Below, one piece after another: positions 1 through 12,760 of a stretch of 64,000 nucleotides of DNA. Source of the stretch: Craspedostauros australis (Eukaryota). The DNA is taken from the NCBI GenBank assembly GCA_030167865.1, contig JALAGF010004526.1, positions 1 through 64,000 on the forward strand, given 5' to 3'. Below the pieces are notes generated by a model, which worked only from the letters and a program-made list of their open reading frames with translations, ran no database searches and had not been told where the DNA came from. Positions within the stretch are counted from its first letter, which is position 1. Every line of letters begins with the position of its first letter. A program made the position numbers and the translations under genes.

Positions 1-254
1 ACCTGAAACCCACAGCAGCCCATAACTTATCTAATATAATGATGATCCACCTCGGACATTTTTTTATATATACTTCACAACACGTTGCATAATATTCTGC
101 AATAACCTGAAAACGCATGTAGACTGCTCCCCCCGCGACTCGTTGGTTTGTGACTGAATGGGCTCTTATAGGTAGAGAAATAGGCCGCGCCTTTCCGCTA
201 TCGTGGACGGTTTCAATGTTCGGACTGAACAAGTTCTGCCACGCCGTATTCCTG

Positions 255-941
255 ATGGCGACCCACCAGCAATCAACGACGGACACATCATCCAACATGA
301 AACGCGTCCTCTGCCTTCATGGCAGGCTGCAATCTGCATCCATCATGTCAAACAAGATTGCGGGCGCACGCAGGAAGCTCGAACGCAGATACGAGCTGCA
401 CTTCCTGGATGCCCCCCTTCGCATGGAGGCAGATGCCGAGGGTGGCGTACGAATCTCCCCATCAGCGGACGCCGTGATGGAAGATGATAAACGATCCTGG
501 TGGGAACGGGATGCCAATGGCAAGCACGTTCAGGTCCAGGAAGCATTTGAATACGTCGTCGACCAAACGAATGGCAGGGAATACGATGCCGTGATCGGCT
601 TCTCGCAGGGTGGTTTGCTCGCGACGGCCCTCGTCATCTCCGGCAAGGTGCCGGGCAACATCAAGGCCGTCGTGACTGCCGGTGCCCCGATGGTCGACGA
701 CGTCTTCCATGTGGCCAACGCTTTGTGCGAGGATGGCGAGCAACGCGAACGAGGTCTCAGAATACCCAAGCTCCACATGGCAGGGCGGACCGATAAGATG
801 GTGCCGGTGGAATCCACGCAGCGGCTTTGCACTGAGGGTGGGACCGGGACGCTCATCGAGCACGAGAAGGGACACCTGTTCCCAACTCGTGCCCTGTTCG
901 TCAACCAGATGCTCGACTTTTTGGAAGAACACTTGGTTTGA
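255..941 (+). CDS. FSH1/OVCA2-family serine hydrolase
   Basis: N-terminal RVLCLHG motif, nucleophile elbow GFSQG, catalytic Asp in AGRTDKMVP and His in GHLFP. First in-frame ATG is at 255; alternative start at 297 (MKRVLCLHG). The ORF-track start at 150 is a GTG. Confidence 0.88.
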   Translation: MATHQQSTTDTSSNMKRVLCLHGRLQSASIMSNKIAGARRKLERRYELHFLDAPLRMEADAEGGVRISPSADAVMEDDKRSWWERDANGKHVQVQEAFEYVVDQTNGREYDAVIGFSQGGLLATALVISGKVPGNIKAVVTAGAPMVDDVFHVANALCEDGEQRERGLRIPKLHMAGRTDKMVPVESTQRLCTEGGTGTLIEHEKGHLFPTRALFVNQMLDFLEEHLV

Positions 942-1263
942 TCCAGTCTACGAGTACTGTGACAGGCGCCCGTTGATGACAAGTCTCATTCGATCCCTGC
1001 TTCCGCAGAATCGGCCGGCGCAATCTCGGCTTCAACTGCGTGCCGGTAGGCATTCTGGGCACGGATTCAAGCACGAACACGCTGTTCGTACAGAATCGGT
1101 GCCGTGTGTTCATGCTGTATGGCACTGTCCAAAGGTCATCCATGATATTGCATACCTGATGTACTTACACACGAGTAATCGTGCGATTACACAATTGGGA
1201 CTCCGGTAGATCATATAATAGAATACATCATGTACTCTACTTGTATTCATGGGCATTTAGCAT

Positions 1264-1282
1264 TGTGTGTGTGTGTGTGTGT
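1264..1282. repeat. (TG)n microsatellite
   Basis: About 9 TG units between convergent genes. Confidence 0.85.
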
Positions 1283-1459
1283 ATTTCTATGCATGGTGTT
1301 GAAAAATTCATTGAAATGGTCCTCTGTTGTTCTCTCGTTCTCGTCGCTCACGTTCAAGGGGGATGCAAAACGTACAGTTCCTCCCTTCCGTTCGTACACG
1401 TATCATGTCACTTTTTGCAATGGCACAGCCCAACCACGCGGCCATCGTTTCATCAAAGG

Positions 1460-4400
1460 CTACGCGCACACCATCCCAAGTTGGAATTCATCGATGATGG
1501 CCTTGTGGCTCAGCGTGATCTCAGCCTTCTCCAACAGCTCATGGATGTTCGCGGCACGGTGACAGACCTCCACAGTCTGGACGATGCGCGAAGCTGCTTC
1601 GTCTATCCTTGCATCTTCCAGGTTCAGCACGTACTCCTCGGACATGGCATTGATGATCGCATAATATGTCAGCATGGGACGCAAGGCGGCGCCGAAGTCA
1701 TCCACGTCTGCCCCACTCAGCGCGCTGCTGTTGTTCGATCGCTTGCGTTGCCTCTCGCTGTCGCTTCCACTCCCACGGCTGCTTCTGCTGTTACCACCGC
1801 CATCATCATTGTCGTCGTCGTCGTCATCTAGATAGTCCCAGTCCGCAAATGAATTGGATCTGTTGCGACTAGGTGTGTTGCGGCCGGATGCGCATCCGCT
1901 TCCCGCGATGCCAAGTGCGTGACGTCGGCCAGCGCAGTTGATCAAGGAACGAAGGAACAGGTCCTTCCCGACGACCCAGCGACGCTTGGGGCTTGGCTTG
2001 GATTCTTCGGTCCCCAGCTTGTCGATCGACCCCAGGTCAGGCGATTCGTTGTGGAATAGGATGCACGTCAATGCCGCCATAGGAGCTGAATCTGCGACGC
2101 CTCGGGTCAAGGGAGACGGGGAGCAAGCTGCTTTGCCAGACTGCCCCGACTGTCGCATGGATTTCGCAGCGAGAAGACCTGCGCTTAGCACCCGCGCATG
2201 CTGCGACGTCTTGGGGTCGTCGATCTGGGCATCCTTATCGAACATATCCGCCATGAACAGCTGGTAGAACACAAGCTGGATGTTTGATGCCAACGACCCT
2301 CCTTCGCAATCGACGCTCAAGGACTCACCGTGCGCCACGCGTAATAGCAACAGACGGACGTCATGAAGCACCTGCCACAGCATCGACTTGGGCCTCGCCC
2401 CCAGGAGGTTTGATATGGCGGTTTGATGGTCGGTAAGTCCAACATCGACTGCGACAAGCGGGACTTTGGACGACACGAGAGGCAAAATGACGTTGCAGTT
2501 GACCCTGGAGTTGCGCAGGCTGGCACCTTCCCACTCGCTCTTCGGTGCCTTCGGATGGTTCCTATCAGCGTGCCGGGCCTTGGAATGGCAGCTCATGTGA
2601 ATCGCATTGCCAGCTGAAACAGTGGTGACGAAATGGTTGGAGCGTCGGCTGCTGGAAATGCTGCTCGAGAATAGGCCTTCGCTTTTGGACGAGCGCAAGA
2701 TGTCTTGGCTGGCAGCCTTCGCCGCGGGGTACCACTCCATTCCTGCATGCGAATCCTCGAGTTCTTCTGGCATCGTCTTTGGGAACGCAGCCATCAGCGT
2801 TGTGCCATCGATGCTCTCCCGGCTTCCGCACTGGTTGGATGGGATCGACACCTTCTTGATGTACGCGTACAGTCCAAGCAACTCCGTTGGTTGAAGTGTT
2901 CGGCCTTCCTGACAGACGGCACACGTCAATCCCGTCTCATCTTCCATGTTCTCCATCTCAAGCATCCAGTCAGGTTTGGTGTTGGCGTTGGCGTCAACAT
3001 CTGGCGTTGCAAGTTTGCGCCGCTTCTTTGATCTGGTCGATGCCGCATCTGAACCTGGCTCTGACGGTGACTCCGCATCCGCCTCGCCGGTTGTCGCATC
3101 CGTGCCACCAGAAGGACTCGATGCTGTGCCCATGCCGGCTGCCTGGGTGGGCGAATCTGCGGATAGAGATACAGCGGCGTTTACGGCTGCATCGCTTGGT
3201 TGACTTGCAGCTGAAGATGTATGAGGCGATACGCCAGATCCAGGGCTCCTGCTCATCCTGGAATCACCGTCACCGTCACCGCCACCAACGCGACCGCCAC
3301 CGCCGCTGCTATTACGAGTCGGAGTGCCCCCACCGGAGCCGAAGCTGGATTTCTTGAAGAGGCTCTTGCGCCGTTCCATGGCGATCTCCTTCTTGCGGTT
3401 CCTTGTCTTCTGGCGCAGTTTCTTGATCTTGTTCGTGGCGAATTCATTTCCTTTCGACAATTCATCGAGCAACGTCTCTGCCGTCAGCCCCAGACCGTTC
3501 ATGGACACCTTCGCAGCCTGGTTGTCGGACGTCGCCTCCAACCAGTGGCAGATCTGCAGAAGGGAAACAGTGCCGGTGGGGTTTTTGTACGTCGCGATGA
3601 CATTCTGGGTCGGAGGGTGGTGTTTCGCAAGGCCGATCAGCATATTCAACGCCACGTTGATACCTCTTCTGTTGAGGTAGTTGCGCCAGTCGCACTGCAG
3701 CGCGGCCCGCTGATTGCCTGATGGTTTCTGGTCCTTTCCCCACAACGACGGCGACCATGGCGGTGGTTCGATTGGGATATGCTTGATTAGAACGCTGGCC
3801 ACGTTTGCAAGCATGCCGCATTCGACGAGCGCAACGCGGAGAGCGTGGCAAACCTCGTTTGCTGGGAGACTGACAGTCGTATGGACGAAGGTCTCCATCA
3901 TGACGGATTGGTTACTCTCGGTTGCATGTGACGCCGTCCCGACAACGCTCAGACAGTCGACATCAACATTGCGGGCAAACTGTGACGCCAATTCCCTGCA
4001 CAGGGCAGGTGATCCGTAGGTGAGATATGGGAGGAGCTTTGCAATGATGTTGCGCAATGGCCGGCCCAGCAACGTGTTCTTGATGGACGATAGCACCAGC
4101 CGAAGCGTGGACGCATCTCTCTCCGAATCTTCGACGATTTCATCCGTCGTCGTGCTGCTGGTTGCAGCATCGACGGTGGAAATGTCCGTTGCCAGCACTT
4201 CGATCATCTCTTGCAGCATCTTCGCTGTCGCGTTGTTCTCGGACTCCACCTGCGAATGTCCATCTTCCAGCGCATGCAGGACATCTAACAGCAGTCTGAG
4301 CAGGATGGTGGGCGCTCTGCATTGCAGCAAGAGGTTGCGGTTGCCTTGCAAGCGCGAGCAGCACCAGAGAAGGCTCAGTCCGGCATGTGGTGAACTCGCC

Positions 4401-6194
4401 TTGAAGGAGATTCTGGACACGTTGCTGCTCTTCTGATCCAGACCCACATCGTCTCTGCGGATTCTCTTGACGGTGTCGGTGATATAGTCCTCCACTGCGC
4501 GCAGTACAACGAAGATGCCGGACTCGGCGGTGACAAGGCGAGTTATCCCGTATTGGTTCTCCAGAAGTCTTTCGGCTTCCTCAGGAGTCGCCGCGTCGTC
4601 CACTTTGTCCGGATCCTTCAGGGTCTGCACCGTATCTTCGGTGGCCTCTCCATCCACCCCAGTCAGACGATACGTCACCACCATCGGCGGCAGCGCCGAA
4701 ATGGGCGTGCTCGCTGACACCTCGCTTCGGCTTTGGCGCCCGGAACCCGAGCCAGGCCAATTGGAGGTGAAGATCATCGACAGCCCTCCGGATCCTGCTG
4801 ACAAGAAGGACGAGCCACTTCTGGAGTTGAGGCCAGCCAGTATGGAGGACGGGTTCGATTGGGAGTTTTCCATCAGGAAGTTCTTCCACACCACCTGATT
4901 GACGACACGCAACTTCAGATCCAAATCCAATATCTTATTCGCGACGAGAAGCTCGATCAGCTCTGCGCTGTCCCCCATCTGCAGGTCGTTCGCGATGTGC
5001 TGTCGCAACTCGCGCACGGTTGGTTCGGCAGTCTCGCCGTCCACAGTCGCGCTGCACTTCTTCGACAGCATGTTGAGCGAGACAGGGTTTTGCGACAGGT
5101 TGCCTCGGAAGAACTCTTCTTGCGTTGGTGCTCGGCGAAGGACGATCTTGGCGTTGATGGGCTTCTTTTGCGGTTTGACTATTGTCATGATGGAGACGAG
5201 CATCTCCTTGCGCACGGCGATTCCCAACGTGCGATGGGACTTGAGTACCTGCATGCATGCGCTGATGTACGCTTCCTTCCGATCAGCAGTCTTTTTGCTA
5301 TCGACATTCTCTGCCGCAATTCGGGTGTGGGATGATTCATCACCACCTCCGATGCCTGCGTGCGTACTTGATGGCATGCCCAGCAACTGCGGTTGCCCGA
5401 GCTGCACCATGTCGTCAACGTCACCATTGGTATCAACCCCAATTTCGTCGTCTTCATTATCCTCGTCGTTGATGATGATGTCATGATCTGATCCGTGGAC
5501 GTGGACATCAACTTCGCCATCATCATCATCATCTTCTTCATCATCGTCATCGTCATGATGCACGTCACATTCAAGGCTCTCTATGCCCTCGTCTTTGTCC
5601 ATGATATCCACGTCATGCTCGTGGTCTTCCTCTTCTCCATCATCTTCGTCATCCTCGTCATCTTCATCATCATCCATGTCATCATGTATGTCGTCGTCCA
5701 TATCATCATCCATGTCGTCATCCTCATCGTTTTCATCATGGTCATTGTCGATGTCATGATCATCGCTGTCGAGCTCAGCATCAACATCAACGCCGGTATC
5801 ATCTCCACCATGTTCCATGTCATTTCCTCCATGCCCTTCGCTGTTGGTTGAAGCATTGGCTGTGTTGCGATTCCTGTCCCCGTCATTGCCTTTCGCATCG
5901 TCGCCCTCTCGGCTGCGGATATTGCCAGCATTGGCCCTGTTGCTTGCGACCTGCAGATCGGCGCCCATCAGAATATCACGAAGGATGATCCCTGCATCGT
6001 CGTGTGAACTGCCATCATTTCCGATCATATCGGCGTTGCCATTATTGCGACTGTTGCCTTCTTCCTGCTCCTGTTCCTGTTCCCCGTCGAGATCGTTATC
6101 GTTATCGTCATCATCCTCATCATCTTCGTTGTCGCTATCCAGCTCGTCTATCAAGGTGTGTATGTGGTCGTTGCTGTCATTGTTTTGATCATTG

Positions 6195-6227
<33 letters not shown>

Positions 6228-8197
6228 TCCTCCTCGTCCTCATCTTCTTCGTCGTCCTCATCATCATCGTCCTCATCTGAATGAAGTTCCCTGGTGTGTT
6301 CGACATCGTCGTCCTCGTCCTCATCATCGTCGTGCCCTTTTCGGGGTTGCATACCGAACATAGCATCTCGAAGGAGTCCATCATCAAATCGAACATCGTC
6401 ATCGTCGTCATCTCCGTCGTCATTGTCTTCCAGCCCTTCATTGTTCCTGGGATCCAGGGAAGAATTTCTGTACATCGCGGAGAATAGCCGGGCAACAGCG
6501 TTAGCCGTGCTTCCGGTTTGGCTGTCACGTTGTTGCTGCAGTTGCTGGCGAAGCCGGTGCCGTTGTTGCTGCCGACGTCGTCGTTTGGACTGCAGGATTC
6601 GCTGTGCCCGCAGTGACGCGGATTCGGCTGCTGACGGCATCTTTTCTTGCGCAGGTGACGTCGTAGAAAGGAAGGTGTCCACGAGCCTTTTCGAGGACGA
6701 TGCTTGGCTGCCACTGCTGAGAATCCCGGGCTTGCCTTCGCTGCGATGCCGAATCCGCGTGACGGATGGGCTCTGTTTGGGATCCACAAGAGTCTTCAGT
6801 ACGTCGATGCAGTCTGTCAACGGCGATATCCACATCGCGCTCGCGTTGGACTCGGTCTGCTGATTGGGCTGCGTTCGGACGGAGGTGGACGATAACCGGT
6901 TGCGATCGATGCATCTTGCCTGCAACAGATGGTACGTGCCAATGAGACATGCCAACGGGGACAATCGTCCGCCGCCGTCGCCGACTCTGCCTCCATCCGC
7001 GGTCAGCGACGAAAGAGATTGGACGGACTCCGACAATGATTGCGAGCTGCGACGGTCGTCCCAAAGCTCGCCGTGCAACACCTTGAGCGTGTGGAGCTTG
7101 GATCGTTCATCATCTTTGGGCCCCACTGTGTCTGAGCGCACGATTTCCGTCGAACGAAGCAGCATCGAGTGCACCAGATCGACGTAGGCAAGCAGCAGCC
7201 CATCGTGATCGACACTCTCCTGCTTGTGGAGATGGCGAAGCCTTCCGCGCTGTCTGCCGCCATCGTCATCATCAAGGTGAACGGCGAGACGCCAGATCAT
7301 GTCGCACAACCACGACAAACCGAACCGTCTTTGGTGGCCGAGGGCAAGACAGAAATCGGCATCCAGGTGAATGATGTGCTTGATGATTGCCAGCCACTGG
7401 ATGGAGACGGTGGGATCGACTTCTGGGTTGGTTTCCATGATGGTGAAGAAGAGCTGCACCAGCTGCCATCTCCTGTGTTCCGTGACATCACATCCATTCA
7501 TCAGGATCCGGGTAACCACGTTGCGGTGAGAGCTGCATGGCGATAGCAGGCCCTGCACGAGCCAGTGATGGCTTGTGGTTGTCATCATCCCCGTTGTGTG
7601 CGGTATCTCATTTCGTGCTTTCGGTGCGATTCCATGGTCGCCACCTGATGGTGCGGCGACGGAGGATGTCTTGGTCCGCTGCGTCCTTCCCCTGCCTGCA
7701 TGACCCTTCTTGGCCCTCTTGGGAGGACCCTGCTTGCTCGGCGTGGTGGATTTCTTGCTGCCCTGTGTGTTGGCCTTGTGGCTGGCGTTGCGGTTGACGC
7801 TTGTGACTGGCTTGGGAGCGGAGGTCAAGCCGGCCTTAGCCGTCGTGGCAGATGAGGTGGGCGATGGCGCAGATCCGCAGACCTTCGTTTCCTTTTTGCC
7901 GGCTCTCGCGCGTGCCCTGCGTGTCACCCAACCTGAGATCTTGAGACCCGCCTGGAAGCGATCCAGCGATTGCCTCGTAATTTCGTCGACGATGCCAGAT
8001 CGATGGGACAGGGCATCGAGCAATGGCAGCGGCAGGGACATCGACGAACGCAGGATGCTGAGGCGCGGGTCCGTCTTGCTGGTGCCTGATGACCCAGATG
8101 GTGCCTTGCCTTGACCCGCGGATGGAAGCGCAGATGATGGTTCCGCGGTCAGATTCCTCCGAGACGATCTCCCATCGTTCGCCCCTGTGCGCGCCAT
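1460..8197 (-). CDS. UBR4: UBR4/BIG-type E3/E4 ubiquitin ligase, C-terminal half (ARM repeats, acidic insert, UBL domain, hemiRING-UZI); 2245 aa, apparently intronless
   Basis: UBL segment IVLRRAPTQEEFFRGNLSQNP...IELLVANKILDLDL...VVTYRLTGVDGEATED (~5170-4640). HemiRING CAVCQEG..QPTELLGLYAY...TVSAGNAIHMSCH...SEWEGASLRNSRVNCNVILP (~2923-2480). ARM segment HWLVQGLLSP...RRWQLVQLF resembles UBR4 WLRQVLFTP...RKQQVLDLL. No UBR box in this ORF. Confidence 0.9.
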
Positions 8198-9221
8198 TCT
8201 CGCGCCCTATGATCGCTGCTGATGTCGTGTTGCGTGAGATCTATGGTGCCAATACTCTCTCGGGTACCAACACTCTACTGTTCTATTACGCTATTCTTCA
8301 CGGACCTGCGACTGGTGGTATGCCGCTTGTGCAAGTCTTCCTTTGCGTGCTGGTACGTGTGATATGTGCGATATGTGTGCTATTTGTGCTAGGTGTGCTT
8401 GAGATCCGACTATCTCTTCGGAGCATGATATTATACTTGTTGCCTGGACCATTACAAACTGCACACCAAGGCGCAGTCGATTGGTTGTGTTTTGGCTCTT
8501 CGATGGCTCTCTGGATTGTCGTTAATCCTTCAGAACAAATCGCAGAATTTATGGCCCCACACGCGGCTCGTGTGGATGTGGCAGTATCGCACGCTGGTTG
8601 CCATCAAGTGTCCGTCGTTGTTGCGGCTCGCGTCGTTGCCATCTTCTTCGCTTCTCTTCTCGCCCCTTGTTCCTCCCATGTGTGCGCGCGTTTGCGTTGC
8701 GCCTCTCTCTCCTCTTCGCCGATCGCCTCGACCCAACCGGACGAAATGGGACAGAGCATTCCCACCAATCAAACGAACAAATCGACCAACAAACACAAAG
8801 AAGACAGAGAGGAAAGAGAGGAATTGCCACCAAACACGGTGTCACCGATGTCGAGTCTGTCTGTCAGTCGTTCAATGTGTCAATGAACGACTTAGTTAGT
8901 CTCTATGTTATGCTGTGAACATAGACTTTGAACGAAAATAGAAGCATACATTCGATGTTGGGAATGATGACGTTGTTGCGCGACACGATCTTCTTCCCTT
9001 GTTTGCGCCACACAAGCATCACCAACGCACAATTGGGAATCATGGACGACAACGACAACAACCACAACGCTTCCATCTGACACGAAATCAGAACCGGAAC
9101 AACAACAACAACAACGACAACGACAGCAATAGAGCACTCTACTCTCTCTCTCCCTCTCCACACTCGCATAGCAACGATAAGCACCCACTGCACTCCAGCA
9201 CCAAATATACGAGCAACCACC

Positions 9222-10349
9222 ATGGCACCAACACAAAAGACTTCGACGCTGATTGCCGCCGGCCTTCTGCTGCTGGCAGGAGATGGATTAGCATTCACGG
9301 TGATGACGCCGAATGGCTCGCGGCTGTCGACGTTCAGCACAACGACCCAGCTGCATGGCATCACGAAGCGGGGGAAACTTGCAAAGACGTTGGAGGGAAC
9401 ACCCTCGAAGACCCGCCGCAGCAAGCCCTCCGCCGCAAGGAAGAAGGCGGCTCCGACCGGCAAGGCAGGCGACAAGGATGTGGCCATCGCACCAGGTCTG
9501 GCCGCATGGATGGCGCAGCAACCGGATGATGCAGATGGCAGTCAGGGTGCCGCCGCCACGCTCACACCGGCGATGGAGCAGCCCGCGGAAGTCGACGACA
9601 GCGACGCGGCCTCGTTCCAGCCATTTGAAGACGATGACGCCAAAACCAAGAAGGGCAAGGGCAAGAAGGGTTCCAGACGTGTGAAGCAATCCGAACGCAA
9701 GGTGCTGGAGGAGCAGCGCAAGGTCAACGTGGACGCTGCGGTCAAGAAGCTGCTCAAGACGTTGAAGGAAAACAACAACCTGGATGCCACGCTAGCCGCA
9801 ATCCGATCCATCTTGTCCATCGAATCCTCCAACCTGCGTCAGGTCGTGGCAAGCGCGAAAAAGCTCGACTACCGTCTGGCATGGGTGGGCGGCGACGACG
9901 CTGTGTGCCACGTGGGAACGGGATTGCACAAAGTACCACTGGCCCGGCTGCAGGAGGTCTTCCTCAGCTCCCTCGGCCGCAGCCGCATCGAGCTGCTCGA
10001 GGTCATCCGCATTCTGGGGCCCTTCCCGAATGTCAAGAACATCCTGCAGGGCAACTCCAAGGTGGGATCGCTCAACGATCCGTTCAATCGCGACGTCAAC
10101 TCGTGGCAGATCACCATGGATAGCATGGTCGACGGAACTGGCAAGGAGATCCTGGCCGGTTCGGACGACAACATCCGCAGGGTCCTGCTGCATGTTTACT
10201 TTGCCGACGAGAACGCCATCATCGCATGCGTGCCTGGCGAGGACGACGAAGTGCGAGACGACCCTCTGGATGAGAGCGGTGCCAATCTCCTCGTTTTTGT
10301 GCGCGAGGATTCTCTGGATGAGAAGTTGGAAGCTCTGCGTGTATTGTAG
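9222..10349 (+). CDS. Plastid-targeted protein of unknown function, possibly with a PAP/fibrillin-like C-terminal domain
   Basis: Signal peptide LIAAGLLLLAGDGLA followed by F (diatom ASAFAP-type cleavage), then a S/T/R/K-rich transit peptide and a globular C-terminal domain (GTGLHKVPLARLQEVF...ILGPFPNVKN). The fibrillin call is tentative. Confidence 0.7.
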   Translation: MAPTQKTSTLIAAGLLLLAGDGLAFTVMTPNGSRLSTFSTTTQLHGITKRGKLAKTLEGTPSKTRRSKPSAARKKAAPTGKAGDKDVAIAPGLAAWMAQQPDDADGSQGAAATLTPAMEQPAEVDDSDAASFQPFEDDDAKTKKGKGKKGSRRVKQSERKVLEEQRKVNVDAAVKKLLKTLKENNNLDATLAAIRSILSIESSNLRQVVASAKKLDYRLAWVGGDDAVCHVGTGLHKVPLARLQEVFLSSLGRSRIELLEVIRILGPFPNVKNILQGNSKVGSLNDPFNRDVNSWQITMDSMVDGTGKEILAGSDDNIRRVLLHVYFADENAIIACVPGEDDEVRDDPLDESGANLLVFVREDSLDEKLEALRVL

Positions 10350-10973
10350 GTTCGAGTGGAGTAGAGTACGCACATACTCATCCTACTTACTCGTATGGTA
10401 AGCTCCGGATAAGGAGAATCCAAGATACTCGAGAGAAACTCGAGCAGCCTCCAACCAAGTATGCAGCAGCAGCCTTCATCCCCATGGACATTGAAGTAGA
10501 GTACAATGGGGCAAAACACTCCTTATCGGGTTGCTTTGACTCTCACGAAAGCACATCCATGCCTACTGCTACAGAGTGCTCTCCTGGAGACTGTTGACCA
10601 TTGACGCAGTTTACCACGAATACGGTTGCACTTCTGAATCCTAAGTATACCGCAACAACAACATTAGTGCACTGCTGCCCTTGGTACTCGTGCGCTTACG
10701 CGTAGTGATGCCAGACGGCCCCAACTCCAGTAACGACTTGCCGATTCTGTGTCAACGCAAATCGGTATCGTTCTCCAAACGCTTCGTTGCGTGCGCACGC
10801 AGGACACGAATCAGCAACACAGCCATCCAAAAATATCACTTCCATGTACATGTGTCTTCATCGCATTATTACCATACGTGCGAGTATGCCAATCTCTAAA
10901 TCTACAGCGACGGTCTGGTTGTCATAAATTGTGGCCTTGCGCAACCAATACCCGTACTTGACGTCGCAGGTCT

Positions 10974-11657
10974 CTAGCTGCTCATGTACATGTCCTGTAT
11001 CTCCGCCAAATTGGCTCGAATGTTGGGATCCACAGGAATACCCATATACACTTGCGGTTTGCTGAGACTCTTGAGATGCTCTTGCAACCGGCCCTGCTGC
11101 TCCTGCTCCGCCGCGACATCCCGGTTCCACACGTCGTGCACAGGTTGGACGTTGGAGACTGTCTGAAAGTTGGTCGCCTTTTGCGCCTCCCACAGCGCTT
11201 CGCGCACGGATGGGGTTTCCAATGCGGCCTTGACGCGGGCGTAGTCCTCCCGGAAGAAGTGCCACGAGCAGCCCATCATAAAGACGGTGGCGCTCTTGGC
11301 CACCTCCAACGGTGTCCTGTTCTCCTTGTTGACGAAATCGACGGTCGCTGGTGCCATGTTGACGAACGCCAGCAGCGTGGTGATGCTCATGCCAAATTCG
11401 CAACCGCTGTGAAGCGGCAGATCCCCCTCGTCGTTCTTGACAGTGAGGACCGCATGGTTGAGCTCGATGAGGTCCAGCACGATGTCTGTCGGCGCACCGT
11501 ATCGCATGGCGTAATGCATCGGCGTTTGCTGGAACTGGTTCTTAACGACAAGACCGGCCGGGTTGCCTCGGGCCAGTTCCAGCAGCCTCTTGAACTCGCC
11601 GTTCTTGGCCGCCGTGTGCATCTCAGACCCGCCCCATTGTTCCTTTGCCGATGCCAT
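10974..11657 (-). CDS. Ankyrin-repeat protein (~227 aa)
   Basis: Ankyrin consensus copies SEMHTAAKNG, QTPMHYAMRYG, GDLPLHSGCEFG, NRTPLEVA. ATG at 11657 (the ORF-track start at 11669 is TTG). Confidence 0.85.
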   Translation of the reverse strand: MASAKEQWGGSEMHTAAKNGEFKRLLELARGNPAGLVVKNQFQQTPMHYAMRYGAPTDIVLDLIELNHAVLTVKNDEGDLPLHSGCEFGMSITTLLAFVNMAPATVDFVNKENRTPLEVAKSATVFMMGCSWHFFREDYARVKAALETPSVREALWEAQKATNFQTVSNVQPVHDVWNRDVAAEQEQQGRLQEHLKSLSKPQVYMGIPVDPNIRANLAEIQDMYMSS

Positions 11658-12760
11658 CCTGACTGGCAATTATTCTCGTCGTCGAAGAATCTTCTCCACT
11701 GTGCAAGAATGGCACTCGTATCGTGGAGACAACTGCTGATGATATCGCAGATGTAATGGTGAGACTACGGCGTGACAACGGTGTGACAACGACGATCGAT
11801 GGTAGCAGGACTGGTGCTCCTCGTGTGAAGGTAGTAATGCACGTAAGTAGTCGTACGGAGCGGGAGTCACTGCTTGACGTATCGCTCGCTCTCTCTCTCT
11901 CTGTTGGGAGAGAATGCGAGTGTTGTTGCAGTCCAGAACAATCGTGATATTTGGAGTCAATGCACAAGCTGCAGGGACTCCGCTTCTTCAGGTCGTAGGT
12001 CGATTCGTTGCGTCGCAACCAAACTTCTTCCCCTCTTCTGATGATGATGTGTGTGTGTGTGTGACATCAACCAATGCGGAACAAGAAGAGTCTGAGGCCG
12101 CGTCAAGAACCCGCTGCGGAAGAGAAGAGAGGTGACTCAGAACAAAGATGGGAATTGTTGTTGTCGTTGTTTGCGCTTCGGCAAAGTGTGGCAAACAGTG
12201 CGCAGACCCATGATTGATCATCTTTTCGAACGAATCGAATCTTGCAGATTCATGACTCCCACCAACTCCTATCGTCTACATGCACGAGTGCAGACGACGG
12301 TTGTAAACGGCCACCCTGTTCTGCTCCGCTTCACTCCACTCCATTCTTCATGTTTTCATCAGAAAACTATTCCATAACACTTGCAGCTTTCTGTGCATGG
12401 AGAGTGTACATCGTCTGGGTGTGAGAGTGTCCAATACAAAGATCTTCGCCAGCCTCTTTCGCATCGATTTGTCACGCTTTGCGTGTTCAGATTTTGTATT
12501 CGATCTTTTATGTATGGTATGCGTGCGATCACGCAAGTATGATCAGTTGTGGTACTATGCTTCAAGGCTGACCAAGTCGTTGAGTGGCGCGTCCGCAGAT
12601 CAACCACCTTCTTGGTAGACATGTGCGACAGCTGAGCGTCATGGACTTGCTCACCCATCATTCACATCTATCATTCACGACGTGATGCCATGAAGCATGC
12701 AAATTTGAATACATCACTCTCTGGTCCCATGTTGCTTCTGTGTTGCCTTATCGTTCCACC

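Noticed and set aside
38-112. Possible C/D box snoRNA (ATGATGA ... CTGA)
   Set aside because: The boxes are present, but I see no terminal stem and cannot match a convincing rRNA guide under the D+5 rule. It would need snoscan or Infernal.
8089-8886. 265 aa ORF between the UBR4 C-half and the plastid gene
   Set aside because: It has no domain, overlaps the UBR4 start and has promoter/UTR-like composition.
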